Counted from the stretch's first letter, positions 23,191 to 37,329 are shown. The stretch: DNA of 56,060 bases from Octopus bimaculoides (GCF_001194135.2 NC_068987.1:53531211-53587270), one strand, 5' to 3'. Made by a program: numbers and translations. The notes: generated by a model not told the origin, from the sequence alone.

Positions 23191-24335
23191 GGCCTGAGAT
23201 TTCGATAATGTTTGTTCGAGATCTCCCTTTCCAGGTCGATCCCAAGCACACACAACACAACCTGCCACATCGCCTGTTCAAGTCGAAGTACGTTGTAAGT
23301 ATCTAGCATGCACAAGAGACATTCTGAAGTTAGTTACTTATCAAACTGGTTGAGATTTAGTAGCGATAAAATCCGAACGTGTGTAGACTGCGTGTGTAGA
23401 CTGCCTGAGCATGTGTTAATATCCACCTAAGAAAAAATGATTAGTTAACATTCTATGTATTTTCGTATAATCGATTATGCATGTATGTATGCATAAACAA
23501 TTTTACACTAACTACGCTACTACGCTCTATATGTATAACAATTTAGATCCGCCCATACACATACACACAGAGATATATCATGTACATATTGAATGTATGT
23601 AGATGTTTAAGATGTACATATATACGACGAGTTGCTGGAATACACATGTGTTGTGTATGTACATAAATATGTCAAAGTGTATGTTTAAAGATGCTTTGAT
23701 AGATGGATCACTCGGAAAGTGAAGCCATTGTTAAGTTTCCTTAATTCATGTGCAAGCTGCATTGACGCAAAATCTCCATATTGCCTAATACCGCTATATA
23801 GAGTAAGTGCAACCGCTCTGCTTAATTCTTATACAAGAAATAATTTACGTTTGGACATTTTCTTATATTTTTCTGTACATGTTGTTGTTTTTGGTTATAT
23901 TTGTGAGATGATGAACTGTAAAATATGAAATAATTTATCGAAAGTCGTGATATTATTTCGCTTTAGCGAATTCTGCACAGATGGTAGAAAAATGAAAAGA
24001 AGAACGGTTAAGAAAATGCTTGAATATTCATGAGATGGAGAGCAAAGAGTCCTTTCTCTCATTTTGTATTAAAATCATCTTTATTTAATGCACATTCGAG
24101 CAGATATAGATACACATTACACATGTGCGCATACAGGCCTGTATACAAATATCATACACACATACACACGTGTGAGTGTGTACATGCAAGTATAAGTGTG
24201 GCTGCATTTAGATGTATAATCTGGTTTGCGTATAAAATATATATGCAATTATATAATACATACACATATATATATACGTAAATATGTGTGTGTGTGCATG
24301 TGTGTATGTATCTGCATATTATTGATATATAAATC

Positions 24336-24400
<65 letters not shown>

Positions 24401-24866
24401 NNNNNNNNNNNNNNNNNNNNNNNNNNNNNNNNNNNNNNNNNNNNNNNNNNNNNNNNNNNNNNNNNNNNNNNNNNNNNNNNNNNNNNNNNNNNNNNNNNNN
24501 NNNNNNNNNNNNNNNNNNNNNNNNNNNNNNNNNNNNNNNNNNNNNNNNNNNNNNNNNNNNNNNNNNNNNNNNNNNNNNNNNNNNNNNNNNNNNNNNNNNN
24601 NNNNNNNNNNNNNNNNNNNNNNNNNNNNNNNNNNNNNNNNNNNNNNNNNNNNNNNNNNNNNNNNNNNNNNNNNNNNNNNNNNNNNNNNNNNNNNNNNNNN
24701 NNNNNNNNNNNNNNNNNNNNNNNNNNNNNNNNNNNNNNNNNNNNNNNNNNNNNNNNNNNNNNNNNNNNNATATATATATAATATATACATTGTATACATA
24801 TACGTATGCATATGTATATATGATATATATATATATAGATATACATACATGCATATATATATAGAT

Positions 24867-24900
<34 letters not shown>

Positions 24901-27576
24901 TTATATACACATACATACATACATACATACATATATAACTTTCAGACATGACTATCAGAAAGTGTTGCTTGGATGTACATACAGAGACGAATGTTCTAAA
25001 ATATCATAGAACTGAATCAGTATACAAAATACTGATACTGTACTTAAGGACACATATTTAGTTATGCCACGATGTTACTTATTCTAATCAGTTTTGGACA
25101 TTTATTTATTGATACCATTATCGGAATGATAATAGACGTGACGTTATACTGACCATATAATATTAAGTGAAATCTGCTTCAAATGAGCAGATGAATTAAT
25201 TTTAAGTAGTGTGAAACCCACTTATTTTATTAACAATACGTATTTTATCATGTATTTTATATTAATGCGCTGAAATATTTGCTTTTGTCTAAAGCTGCTT
25301 TATATATATATATATGGATGTACCAAACTGCATCAGAAATTAAGATACGATTATTTTGTGATAAGGAACATATGGTCTCTAGCCGTCATGAAAAGAAGAG
25401 CATTTGATAAAAAGATTTTCCCTTGACTAGAAAAGGGACACTGGGTATTAAGGTAAAGACAGAGATCTGGTATGCATATTGTGTCAAATCTCTTCCACAT
25501 GACCTCAATGTATACAAAATTTAGCAAAAGCAGGTGGTTCTGACTAATTAATATATCAATTGAAAGATGCGTTACGTATGCAACTAGTAGAAAGGATGCA
25601 TTGTGAGAAACTATTGGAAACATGATTACGATAAATAAATCATTGACAATGCGTCTTCGTGCTTCATTTTTTTACACAGACACACACACACAAGCACACA
25701 TACATATAGACATATATATGTATGTCTATATGTTTAATAAATCCAAAATAGGCGGTCCCAAGATGGATTTATAAAGCGTGGTCTACTGTATACACATATA
25801 TGTGTGTGTTTGTATGTATGTATGTATGCTTGAATTTATGCATGCATGCACGTACGTATGTTTTTTTTGTATGTATGTATATATGTGCATGCAAATAAAA
25901 AAAAGATTGGAACTGAATCCAGTCCAATATCTTGATAATTGCCCGTTTAATACATCAGGCGAACAGTATGTCCAATCTAGATTATATCCACCCATATGTT
26001 ATAAATATCGTGTGACAGGTGCCAACTGTAGGTACGAATTTTTTCACCAATTAGTGATTTGATTCCTCATTCTCATAGTATATCAGTAATGAATACTTAT
26101 ATTTTAGTTATTCAATTCTATACTTTTCAGATTATCCAGTGAGGTGCACTCATAATATTGTGCTTTTCATGTATAATCTGTCGATTAAATGATCAAGGAA
26201 TTAATCAATAAATGGAACGATTATGTCCCGAGGCATCCTTCTCAGGCCCTTTAATGTATTGTTTTGGGAAACATGCGCAATGAGAATTAGAGGAAAGGTT
26301 TAGTTGAAAGTAAGCATTTTACCGTCGTTTTTTATTAGCCTATAGTGAATTCATACACTTGTCTGTGTAGGGAGGGGGTAATGATAGTGGAGTAATACCC
26401 GTGAAAAGCTGAAAATAATGTAGGCTGCTTAATGCCTAAATTAATTTCCCCGTTAGCAGTACGGATGTGTTGAAGTGTAAAAGGTTATATGAGTGCAAAC
26501 CCATACTCTGTAGAAAACTTTGCTTTCTAGAATATTTGAGAATTTCAATTCCAAAGCCGTTAAATAAATTTCTATTACATCAAAATGATTTATAAAACTG
26601 TAATTAAAACTCAACCATTAAACAGAATTCTTTTAAATTAAATATATTAAAAAATAAACTAGAGATAACCTACATCACTTTATGTTTGAATATTATAAAC
26701 TTAAGATTGGAAAATGAGATAAATTTCGCGAAATTAATTCAAATGCAGATTAGTTCCATAAGATTACTTATAATATCATATAATGGGTTGGTTCATAGCA
26801 AGAAGTGTAACCATAAGTAGGAAACCGGGTCCTGGATTTATCAGTCTGTACTTAGATGAGATAATCAATGGAGATTTTTTCTTTGGAAATACATTAGTAC
26901 ACGTACAACTTTCCCATGTACAAACTGCATGGAGAATGCCACCATTATACGGAGGAGCGGTACTTATGACACACCATATTATAAAGTACATAAAATTATT
27001 TTCCTTGAAGCTAAATTTGAATCCGCTTAAAGCCGTTATGTTTTCTTTTCTCATATTTATATGGCGTCATATTATTACTGAGTTTAGATTTGAACTTTGT
27101 AACAGAAGCATCGATGTATTAAAAAACATTTCCAAGTGATATTACTGAGCATTTATAAATCATATGTTTTCTGAGAGATTGTTGCCGACGGCAAATTTTT
27201 ACGGTTCCCACTATTACACAATTCATTCAGTCTATAGTTAGTTGTAAGAGCTTCTATTTATTGTATTAGTGTTAACGATATTCTCCGTATGGGACAGCGG
27301 TAAATAATTGCCTCTTGTAACCTGGCTAGATAAATGTTACATATTATACTCTCTTTGACGTGGCTATACGTATTTGTTTCAATAAAGGTGAAACCAGATT
27401 GTTTTAAACGTTCAGATTAAGGATTAGTTTCATTCTCTACGAAAGTTTTCAATTTTTCTGTGTTGCGAGCTGCTATGATATTCCCTAAGTTAGATGTGGT
27501 AAAGTATGCAAATTTTGTAGCGTACATATTGATATCCTACAAAACTTGCTTGAAGGGGAAAATGTTTATCTAAGAT

Positions 27577-27670
27577 CGTAAAGAATAAGTCTTGGAGTTG
27601 ATTTGCTAGACTAAAAGAAGTGCTCCAGCATGGCCGCAGTCAAATGACTGAAACAAATAAAAGAAAAAAA
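27577..27670 (+). mobile_element. SINE 3' tail
   Basis: agaataagtc..gtgctccagcatggccgcagtcaaatgactgaaacaaataaaag. Confidence 0.8.
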
Positions 27671-27727
27671 TATTTGAAAAAATATATATGTATGGAAAAA
27701 AGAAGCATTGGTTATAGAACAAACATT

Positions 27728-28627
27728 AAATTTGTGTCAACGACTTTACATACAATACCACCCCTCAAATATTTAATCATATATAAAAATCACCATGGTT
27801 CACAAGCACATAAAAAATAATACATATACATAAAATCACAGAAGGTAAAAGTATATAATCGAATAAAATACAAATAGAACGACCTATCAAAAAAGTTAAA
27901 TATAAACGGCTGAAAATAAAAAAAAAACTACCAAAAAACCTTATACACAAATATAAAATGAGTAAAGGTAAAAAAAAATTAAAATAAGATAAACAGCCAC
28001 CGACTAAAAAGTTTTATCAGAAGATTAAAGTAATTTATTTACACTAAAGCTCATCACCACAGATTATTTACACTAAAGTGCGGTGGTGAGCTCCCGAAAT
28101 GGTCATAGATATATGTGAATATTGAATTTGACGTGTGAAGTCTGCTCATTACGAACTTTTGGACGTACCTGTATGGAGGGAGTAAAAGACTTTTTTCAAG
28201 GTGTAGGTGAATTTGACCTGTGGAAGTCTGTTTACTTCTGAACGTTGGATGTACTTGTATGAGGGAAGTAAATGACTTTTTTCAAATATTTTTTCAAATA
28301 TTAATTTTTTAATTTTTTTTTTTTTAATATTTTAACTGTCTGATAAACTTATTTTGCCGATGGATATTTATCTTATTCAATTTTATTTTGTTTTTACCTT
28401 TACTTATTTTATACTTGTCTATTAAGATTTTTGGTAGTTTTTGAATTTTTAGCCGTTTATATTTAACTTTTTGATAGGCCGTTCTATTTGTATTTCATTC
28501 GATTATATACCTTCTGTGATTTTATGTATATGCATTATTGTTTATGTGCTTGGGAACCATGTCGATTTTTATATATAATTAAATGTTTGAGGGGTGGTGT
28601 TGTATGTAAAGTCGTTGACCCAAATTT
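27728..28627. mobile_element. Fold-back / long-TIR non-autonomous DNA element
   Basis: ~290-bp arms (27728-28020 and 28340-28627) are reverse complements at ~80% identity; termini aaatttg(t/g)gtcaacgactttacatacaa; interior holds two ~77-bp tandem units. Confidence 0.85.
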
Positions 28628-28648
28628 NNNNNNNNNNTATATATATAA

Positions 28649-28724
28649 GGTTCCACTCAGTGCGACTGAACCCCAAACCACGTGGTTGGGAAGCAAGATT
28701 CTTACCACACAGCCACTCTTGCAC
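28649..28724 (-). mobile_element. SINE tRNA-like head
   Basis: Reverse complement ggtgcaagagtggctgtgtggtaag..ccaaccacgtggtttggggttcagtc, same as 55035-55090. Confidence 0.8.
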
Positions 28725-29429
28725 CTACATACACACACACACAGAAACACACACACACATATATATATATTCACATATATATACATATGCATTCTCATTC
28801 ATACATATACAAACACATACAAACGCACACACAAACACGCACACGCATACACACGCATTTATACATACATCCGCATATAGATACCTTCATATATTAACAT
28901 ATGTAAAAAGAAGCCACATCAGTCTCACTAATGCGCTTAATAACAGTATCCCGATCACCAGAGCCAACTTATGATTCGACCACTACCATTACCATATCCC
29001 AATCAACTGTGACTCGTTAGCAGCAATTTTCTGTCTTGTAACAATAACCGTTTGTATAACAGGAATTCTTGACTGTAATAAGTCGATTCCATTGTATAAA
29101 TATATACTCATCAATGTTAATGTTATCAAAATGCGCTTATTTTCGGAACAAATGACGGTAAGAAAACATAATATTGCTAAAGATAAAACATCTATATAAG
29201 TTTTAAAGTAGCTAACGATCAACTAACGTTATGATTTGAAGATGGAACAACTGAAGACTGTAATTTATATTACATTCTTGCTCGCAGTCAGCACGAATTT
29301 TGCGATATGTTTCACAGCATTTCAGTATTAAGTCAGCAATCACTAAGTAGTCAGTTGTTATTCTTAAACTTGCTTTAAAACCATTCAGTTAACCACAAAT
29401 ATATATTAGTATGTACGTATGTATATATA

Positions 29430-29880
29430 CTCTGGGTGTTAGAGCTAAATTTGACAGTTTACATTAAAAAAAATTACAATATCTCATCTAAAATTAAAAG
29501 TATTTTAGAAAAGCATGAAATGACAATTAGGCAATTGTTCTGGGGGTAACAGCATAATCAAAGTATCTGCCTTCTTTCGCCTCGGCTTCAACATAACTCC
29601 AAACCTTGTGCATGCTTTTCTTGCTGTTCCTTGAGAAGATCTTCGAACACATCCTTCACCTTGGCCAGCAGTTCAGCCTTGCTTTTGCAGCCAGAGCGGA
29701 TGGTATCATTCGCAACTGCATCCAACATATAGTAATCCATGGGGTTACAATCGATGGAGAAGGAGGCCAGAAATTGGGGCTGTTGAAGCCGTAGAAATTG
29801 TACTTGAGTTTCATCGAAGTCTATCCAGAAGTATGGCAAGGGGCCGAATCCTACTGGTACACATGTACCCTTCCAGGTAC
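29430..29880 (-). mobile_element. maT/DD37D-like Tc1/mariner 3' end
   Basis: Minus translation (W)PP.SIDCNPMDYY..AV..DT....KSKAELLAKVKDVFEDL..EG.YF; TA-CTCTGGGTGT terminus. Confidence 0.7.
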
Positions 29881-30524
29881 AACTCTCTCAACCAGAAGCT
29901 TTACATAGATGTTTGAATCGACCCCAAGTATTGTTCTGCAGTTGTTGCTTGAATTCCGGTGTGCATATGTGTGTGCGTATGTATATAAGTATATACGTAT
30001 ATGTACATACTTCTACCCAACGTAGTTATCCAGGCGTGTAGGTACTTGATTATGAGATCTAGCTGTTTTCTTAAGCGATATGTAAATATTATCGCCGTAA
30101 GTAATATGTAAATATTATCTCTTTGCTTCAAGAGCATCCTCTCTGTTTGCCGTGGCCTGAAGTTAGGTTTTGCCACTGAGTTTATCAAGATGTACTGTTG
30201 CTGGAGGAGCGTTGGAAAACTGCATTGAATGCGTAGATCTAGTGGGATGGTGATTCTGCTATACACACACACACATACACACACACACTAGAATACTCAT
30301 GGCCCGTTGGATCACCAATAATTCAAGGTACCTGAAAAGACTGAGTTTCCCAGCAATTGAGTTTTGTTTCATGTTGTTGTTTTTCTTACCAGGTTATTTC
30401 GCATGCTTCCTACGAATGTGACATCGAAATTACGTGTAAACGGCTCTTTTTCCCAGAAAAGAAAAGATTTGGCTGCTATTTCTTGCAAACCCTACTACCA
30501 CATAACAGTGATTTCAGCTAATGT

Positions 30525-30575
<51 letters not shown>

Positions 30576-30996
30576 GTGTGTGCGTGCGCGTGTGTGTGTG
30601 TATGTATGTATGTATGTTTGTATGTATGTATGTATGCATGTCTCTCTCCCTCCCTTTATATATATATATATAAGAGAGAGACATGAATACATATATAAAT
30701 ACATACATACGTACATGCATACATACATTAGTACGTACGTATGTTTGTCTGTATTTTTGTATGTATGAAGGAAAAGTACAGGAAAGAAAAGAACAGTTTA
30801 TGCAGTTAAGCGCTTCATACGTTTCTAAAGTGGGAAAAAATCCATATCTTGCATTTTAAAATAATTTTCCTTCATGTGGGAATTTGCAGTTATGAAAACT
30901 TTTTTCACAATGTAGAGAGAAGAATATCATATATTATACTTATTGGGTTTGGAGAACATTTTTTTAAGTCGAGCCAATCGGGTGTTTTTTTCATAG

Positions 30997-31097
30997 AGTG
31001 CACCTCAAACACAGAATGGAGTAATATCTCAGAAATTCCAAGGCCTTATCTACATAATGTCTGGTACGGCATCTGTTGGAGTTGGAATGACCTTCAG
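30997..31097 (+). other. Candidate exon (CTSNTEWSNISEIPRPYLHNVWYGICWSWNDLQ or an alternative frame)
   Basis: Strong acceptor gtgtttttttcatag; two open frames; weak donor gtctct. Confidence 0.2.
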
Positions 31098-31443
31098 GTC
31101 TCTATTCCGTTAAACGCATCAAAAGTCAGTAATAGTAGTAACAGAAATAAGGTAAAATAAAAATTGAAAAAGAAGGTGAGGATTATATATATATATATAT
31201 ATATATNNNNNNNNNNNNNNNNNNNNNNNNNNNNNNNNNNNNNNNNNNNNNNNNNNNNNNNNNNNNNNNNNNNNNNNNNNNNNNNNNNNNNNNNNNNNNN
31301 NNNNNNNNNNNNNNNNNNNNNNNNNNNNNNNNNNNNNNNNNNNNNNNNNNNNNNNNNNNNNNNNNNNNNNNNNNNNNNNNNNNNNNNNNNNNNNNNNNNN
31401 NNNNNNNNNNNNNNNNNNNNNNNNNNNNNNNNNNNNNNNNNNN

Positions 31444-32570
31444 TGTAAAACTCGTTTGGTTTCAAAGCGAAGAACTCTGAAGTGTCAGTCTTGAGCTCCT
31501 CCTGGCTTGCGAAAGTTAAGTCCCACAAATGCTTCTGTAAACTACGAAACAAATGGTAGTCTGAAGGAGCAAGGTTGGGAGAATAAGGTGGATGAGGAAT
31601 TTTTTCCCAACCAATTTCTTCGATCTTCTGTGATATGATCTTTGCAGTGTGAGGTCGCCCATTTTCCTGATGAAACATCACTCCTTTTCGATTCACTAAA
31701 GCGAGTCTCTTTTTCTGAAAACCTTGGTTCAAACACTCAAATTGCTGACAGTAGACTTGAGCATTGATTGTTGCATTACGTGGTAACAATTCAAAGTGAT
31801 TTACTCCTTTGCAATTCCACCAGATAGAGTGACGAACCTTTTTTCCCATGAAGCTCCCTTCTGGGATGTGGTTGAGCTTTTTCCCTTTTACAAAGCCACT
31901 TTTTACGACATTTAACATTTCGATAGAAGATCCATTTTTCGTCACCAGTCACATGTCTGTCCATAATGGGTGAAATAGGTTCGCGGGAATGGAGAGAAGT
32001 GCAGATGTCAACTCGGGATTTGCGGTTGCTTCCGGACAATTCATGAGGCACACATTTTCCAAATTTAGGATCTTTTCCAAGTTGTTGAAGATGACGATGG
32101 TTGGAACTAAGCTTTTTTGCCAATTCTTCAACTGATAATGCAGAATTTACTTCAAGTAATGCCTCAAGGAGCTTAACATAAAACTCAACTGGACATTCTG
32201 TTCGATCTTCATCTTCAAGATTGAAATCTCCACTTCTGAAATTTTGCAAGCCATCTTCTCCAAGTTCTTTCATTCTAGCATTCTTTCCCATAACTGAGTG
32301 TATGCTTTGAGTCGCTTCGGCTGCAGAGTTTCCTTTTTTATACTCATAAAGCATTATGTGCCGTAAATGCTCTTTGGGTACGTCTATGTCAGAAAGTGTT
32401 TTAATTAAAGAAATTTTAATTCTTTTATTCTGTAAAATTTTATTTACTTATTTTTAAATGTACACAAAGGCATAAAAATAATTTTGAATTCCATTAGATA
32501 TTCTAAAATACTATTAAATTTCATTCAATTTTAAAAAGGTAAAATCGGACAGAACTTATGGAATGACTTG
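31444..32570 (-). mobile_element. mariner (DD34D) element with frameshifted transposase; other end lies in a gap
   Basis: HTH; VTGDEKWIFY; FHQENGRPH; HPPYSPNLAPSDYHLFRSL; TIR cggacagaacttatggaatgacttg followed by TTA. Confidence 0.93.
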
Positions 32571-32573
32571 TTA

Positions 32574-32700
32574 TTTTCCGGGATCCGTCCCACTGCATAG
32601 TACCTTGAGCAAGAGTGTCCTACTATAGCCTCGGGCCGACCAAATTCTTGTAAGCGGATTTGGTAGATGGAAACTGAAAAGGAGCTTGTCGTACATTTCA

Positions 32701-32776
<76 letters not shown>

Positions 32777-33030
32777 GTGTATGTATATATTTATGTGTGT
32801 TTGTATGTGTCTTGGTGTCCTAGTTTGTCCCCCCTCCATCTCTTGACAGTCGATGTTGGTGTGTTTACGTCCCCGTAACTAAGCGGTTCGGCGTAATACA
32901 CTGATAGAATAAGTACTAATCTAACAATGAATTAGTTTTAGGGTCTATTTCTATTTCTGAAACCCTTTAAGGCGGTGCTCCAACGTGATTGCAGTCGGAT
33001 CACTGAAACAAGTAAACAAATAAAGGAATA
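32574..33030 (+). mobile_element. tRNA-derived SINE (5'-truncated) with internal (TA)n(TG)n
   Basis: gtcccactgc..ctactatagcctcgggccgacc..gatttggtagatggaaactgaaa, microsatellite, 3' module. Confidence 0.88.
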
Positions 33031-33628
33031 CACATACATATATATATACTCAAAGGCACACACACATATATTTATATTTTCACACATATATATGCATACT
33101 TATATATATGAGTATATATATAACTATAAACACTCAGACACATGCGCATACAGACACACACGCACACACACACACACACATTTAAATCTGTACATATATA
33201 CGTATGAGTGTGCAATAAATTTTGAAAACGGATATAGAGGACGTAATCTATAAGTAAAACGAAGATAAATCATGCTCGAAATGGAAGTCAAATTACGTAA
33301 CAGAAAATATAAATTTGAAAAGTCGAAAAGAGCACAATTAACAATTAAAGATAAATTAGGGTGAATAGCAAAATGTGCAAGTGCAAATTAAAATGTTAGC
33401 TGATTCAAGCAGCCAACTTATAATATCAGAAGTCGTGGAACGTAACAAAGAATTGAATTAAAACCGTTAAACGCAAAAGCAGAATTAAAATGATAAAAAA
33501 GACAGATATGAAACATACGCTTCGTAAAAATCTATTATTGTCTTATAAACATATGTATACAAATAAAGAAAAGTAGATATTAAAGATAATAAAAAATACA
33601 ATAAAATGATAGCTAATTAAAATATGTA

Positions 33629-34155
33629 TTGGGTTGGCAACTAAGTTCCCGCCGCTTTTTAAAATTTTGGAATCTATTTTTTTCGGGAATTCGATTTTTG
33701 AATCAGTTAGGAATCTTTTTTTTTTTTCTTGTTAATTTTAGTTGATTTTTGTTTATTTTCAGATCATAAAAATTGAATGTCAAGTTAAGAAAAGCGAGCA
33801 TTTTCGACACCTCCATTTTGGTTTTACTCAAGGTTCCAAGGCCGCAAAAGCTGCTCACGACATTTGTGCTGTGCATGGAGAGGGTGTCATAGCTGAAAGA
33901 ACTGCTCGCGATTGGTATGACAAGTTCAAATATGGAAATTTTGACCTCAAAGACGCGCCTCGTTCTGGCCATCCAGTTGAATTCGATGACAAGCGATTAA
34001 ACCAACTTTTGCACGAAAATACTCGTCAAACGACAAGGGAACTGGCATAAAAAATGGAATGCTCCCACACTGCTATAAAGAAGCATCTTCACTTGATGGC
34101 GAAGGTTGAGAAGTATGGAGCATGTGTTCCGCATGCTTTTAATGACAACAAATGT
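33629..34155 (+). mobile_element. mariner 5' half (TIR plus HTH region)
   Basis: TA-ttgggttggcaactaagttcc TIR; EHFRH..KAAKAAHDIC.V.GE....RTARDWYDKFK.G.FDLKDAPRSG.P; ..VPH. Confidence 0.9.
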
Positions 34156-34164
34156 TAGTTGTTA

Positions 34165-34310
34165 TTTTCTTTTCTACTCTAGGCACAAGGCCCCAGTACG
34201 CAACTGGTACTTAATGTAATGACCCCGGCGGAATTTGAGCTCAGAACTTAAAGACAGAAGAAATAGCGCTAAGAATTGGTATGCTAACGTTTCTGCCAGC
34301 TAGCCACTTT
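34165..34310 (-). mobile_element. SINE, internally deleted
   Basis: ctaggcacaaggcc..ggcggaatttgagctcagaac..gctaacgtttctgccagct is antisense to the 94-260 family. Confidence 0.75.
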
Positions 34311-34857
34311 AGAGGAGAACGAATATTAGAAACTAAAGACATAAGTTTTATCCACCTCGTTCTAGTAAGAGGTAAAAAATGGTTAAATCATATGGCGATA
34401 TATATAACTTAGTAAAATAATTGATAATAAACAAGAACATACACGTATGTATATGTTCTTAGAAGCGAACGAAAGATAGAAATCCTATTTAGGCATTGAT
34501 AACTAATATTAATGTCTAAATAAGACTCAAGTTTCGTAACTGAGACAAGTGCAACGTAATATATGATTGCGTCTCATAACCTTTACATCAAATTTATTCA
34601 TGACGCTCACTATACAACCCATGATTGCCGTAATTTCGACAATATATAATGAGCATTTATTTTTCGAACCGAAGCTGCATGTCGAACGATTTGACATTCA
34701 GTTGAGTATTCTATCATGTCCCATTTTAAAGCACAAATTTTCTTAAAAAGAGATGTGCTGCCAGCCGTACGTTCGGATCTAAACGTTTGGTAAAAGTCAG
34801 AATTTAGATTTGCTGCACGAAGCACCAATGTAAATGAATTTAGATTATATTAACCTC

Positions 34858-35006
34858 ACTATTTACATTATTTACATTCGACGGATATTTGTCCTCGTCT
34901 TGTTTGTTGTTTGTTATTAACAACAAACAAGATGTAGACAAATATCCGTCGAATGTAAATAATGTAAATAATGTACATAATTCCTCATCTTTTAAATATA
35001 GAACTG
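34858..35006. mobile_element. 149-bp palindromic mini-insertion of PLE pLTR ends with a 12-bp TSD
   Basis: Arms 34860-34911 and 34919-34970 (49/52 complementary), same sequence as 17500-17585 and 19023-19070; TSD tatattaacctc at 34846-34857 and 35007-35018. Confidence 0.9.
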
Positions 35007-35217
35007 TATATTAACCTCGCATTTGTAGACAATGTTGTTAGACAACTATCTAAAGGATACATAGAGGGAAACCTGTTGTAGATTTCTTTGGAAAATTTTC
35101 AATCTATAGTGTTCAGTATTACTAATGCTGTTACTAGTTACATTATTACCATTATTCATCTGAGAGTTGACAAAATTATCATTTTTACAGTTAATATTAT
35201 TACCTATGTTGTTAAAT

Positions 35218-35350
35218 ACCGCCTTGTCGACTTTGCCTTTTATCCCTTCGGGGTTAAAAAATCAAGTGCCAGTTGAACACTGAGGTCGATGTGATCGACT
35301 TAGCCCCTCCCCAAAAGTGCCTGCCTTGTGCCAAAATATGAAATTAATAT
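35218..35350 (+). mobile_element. SINE 3' half
   Basis: gtcgactttgccttttatcccttcgggg..gtcgatgtgatcgacttagcccctcccc..gccttgtgccaaaat. Confidence 0.8.
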
Positions 35351-36149
35351 TACGTATGTCTTTATTGTTTTTATTCCTATTAAGATGGGAGTTCTTAAAA
35401 ATTTTCCTTTACGCTGAGCATAATTCGAGATGACACGGTATTTAAATGAGAATTGTTAGTCGACCCAAGGAGTTAACTAGGATTCGCTGGGAGTGGGATT
35501 CTGATATGTCTCTAGGCTCAAGATGTTATGAACTGGTGTCACCTTCCATAACGCTACGTACTTTATTCCGTCAGTCTTTATTTATAACATATTATATATC
35601 TAGCGTTAGCAGTATGGAAATATGACAGTTTGACACAGCAGGGATCACAGAGATTCCTCTATTTGCTATAAAAAGGGAAGTAGCTCTCTACAGCGGCAAA
35701 AAGATAATGAAATATGATTCGTAACCTATCCTGAATATTAAGAGGGAATGTTGGATGGAACCATATTATCTCCCGTTCTGGTTACGCCGTTAGCATTAAT
35801 TAGTCATTTCAATAGGAGTAATATAGTGAGTACTCATTGAATTTATCATATTTTGCCTATAACCAGTTGATCAGTGAAAGTTATTGATAACCTTAATGAT
35901 ACCTAATACGGGAGTGTGTGTGTACGTGAGTGCGTGTGTACACACACACTCACGTACAAATACGCATATATATACATATAATCCTATAAATAATGCAGTC
36001 TTTTCAATTGCATGAACTAAAAGTCGGAGGGGGATGGAGTAATTTATTTGCATGAACTTGCTATAAAATTTTACCTGGTATTTATTCGTAGTGCATGTAT
36101 CGAAGAGTGAAGTTCGATTTTAACAGTTATTTTTGCAATGCTATAATTG

Positions 36150-37216
36150 AAGTGACAGTTGCCTTATGAGTTCAATAAAGGCAACAACGCAACGAAAAGC
36201 GCGAGGAATATTAGTGCAGTATATCAGGATCGGACAATAAGCGTAGGCCAGTGTCAACGGCTGTTCCGGAAATTCCGAGGCAGAAATTACAGCTTAAAGA
36301 CGAACTCGTTCTAGAGGAGCTATAGAGCTAGACGAGAACGTCCTGCAAACCCTGGTGGAACAAAATCCCGTCGTAAATATTGAGGAACTGATAGAGTAGC
36401 TTGGATACGGTCATTCAACCATTCATCGACAACTCTGTGCCATCGGAAAAGCAACATATTAGGTTAATGAGTTCGTCACAAACTTTACGAGTCTAATCGC
36501 ACTCACCGAGTGAATGTATGCTCGTCTTTGCTGTCACGTTTCATGAACCGAATGAACTATTTTTGGACCGATTAGTGACAGGTGACGAGAAATGGGTTCT
36601 CTATAAAAATGTCAAGCGCCGAAGTCAGTGGGTAGCGAAAGGAGAAACACTGGCACCTTAGGCTAAAGAAAGCTTTTACACACGTAAGGTGTTGTTATCT
36701 GTTTGGCGGGACATGAACGGTTTAGTTCACTTTGAACTTTTAAACCCAAATCAAACAATAACAAAGGATATCTACTGCGTGCAGCTTGAGCGGCTTAAGT
36801 TTGTGCTAGATGTAAAATGATCATCTTTGGTTTCAAGTCGAAAGGTATTCTTCCAACAGGATAATGCTCGGCCACATATTGTGAGGATAACACTCCAAAG
36901 GCTGCGAAAGGATGCCCCACTCACCTTATTCGCCTGACATTACCTCATCTGATTATCATTTATTCCGCAGTCTTTAAACCATTTGGACGGAAAATTATGA
37001 ATTCTGTACACGAGGTCAGAACAATACTGGAGGAGTATTTTTCGTCACGGACAAGTGAACTTGTAAGAAGGGCCTTGCAAGTTTACCAGATAGATGGAAG
37101 AGCATTGTAGAAAATGAAGGACAGTATATTTTAGATTAAAAAGAACTTTGTCTATAGTAATTTTGAAAAATAAAAGTAATATAAAAAGACCGCATTCTTT
37201 ATGAGATGACCCAACA
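36150..37216 (+). mobile_element. mariner (DD34D) element, near-full transposase pseudogene with 3' TIR
   Basis: YEFNKGNNATKSARNI; VTGDEKWVLYKNVKRR; FQQDNARPH; HSPYSPDITSSDYHLFRS; DRWKSIVENEG.YILD*; TIR cgcattctttatgagatgacccaaca-TA. Confidence 0.92.
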
Positions 37217-37329
37217 TATATAAAATGTTAGAGAAATAAACCTAGTTGTGTCTTGCAATACATTCCAATTCATCTAAAGCAAAACTTTTTCAAGGACACT
37301 TAGAATAATATAGTAGATCCACGATTTAC

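Noticed and set aside
26783-27139. 118-aa ORF and alternative open frames
   Set aside because: No recognisable domain and the frames conflict; cannot be supported from sequence alone
35667-35674. Perfect TATA box TATAAAAG
   Set aside because: A single motif is expected by chance in 56 kb of AT-rich DNA, and no downstream gene is evident
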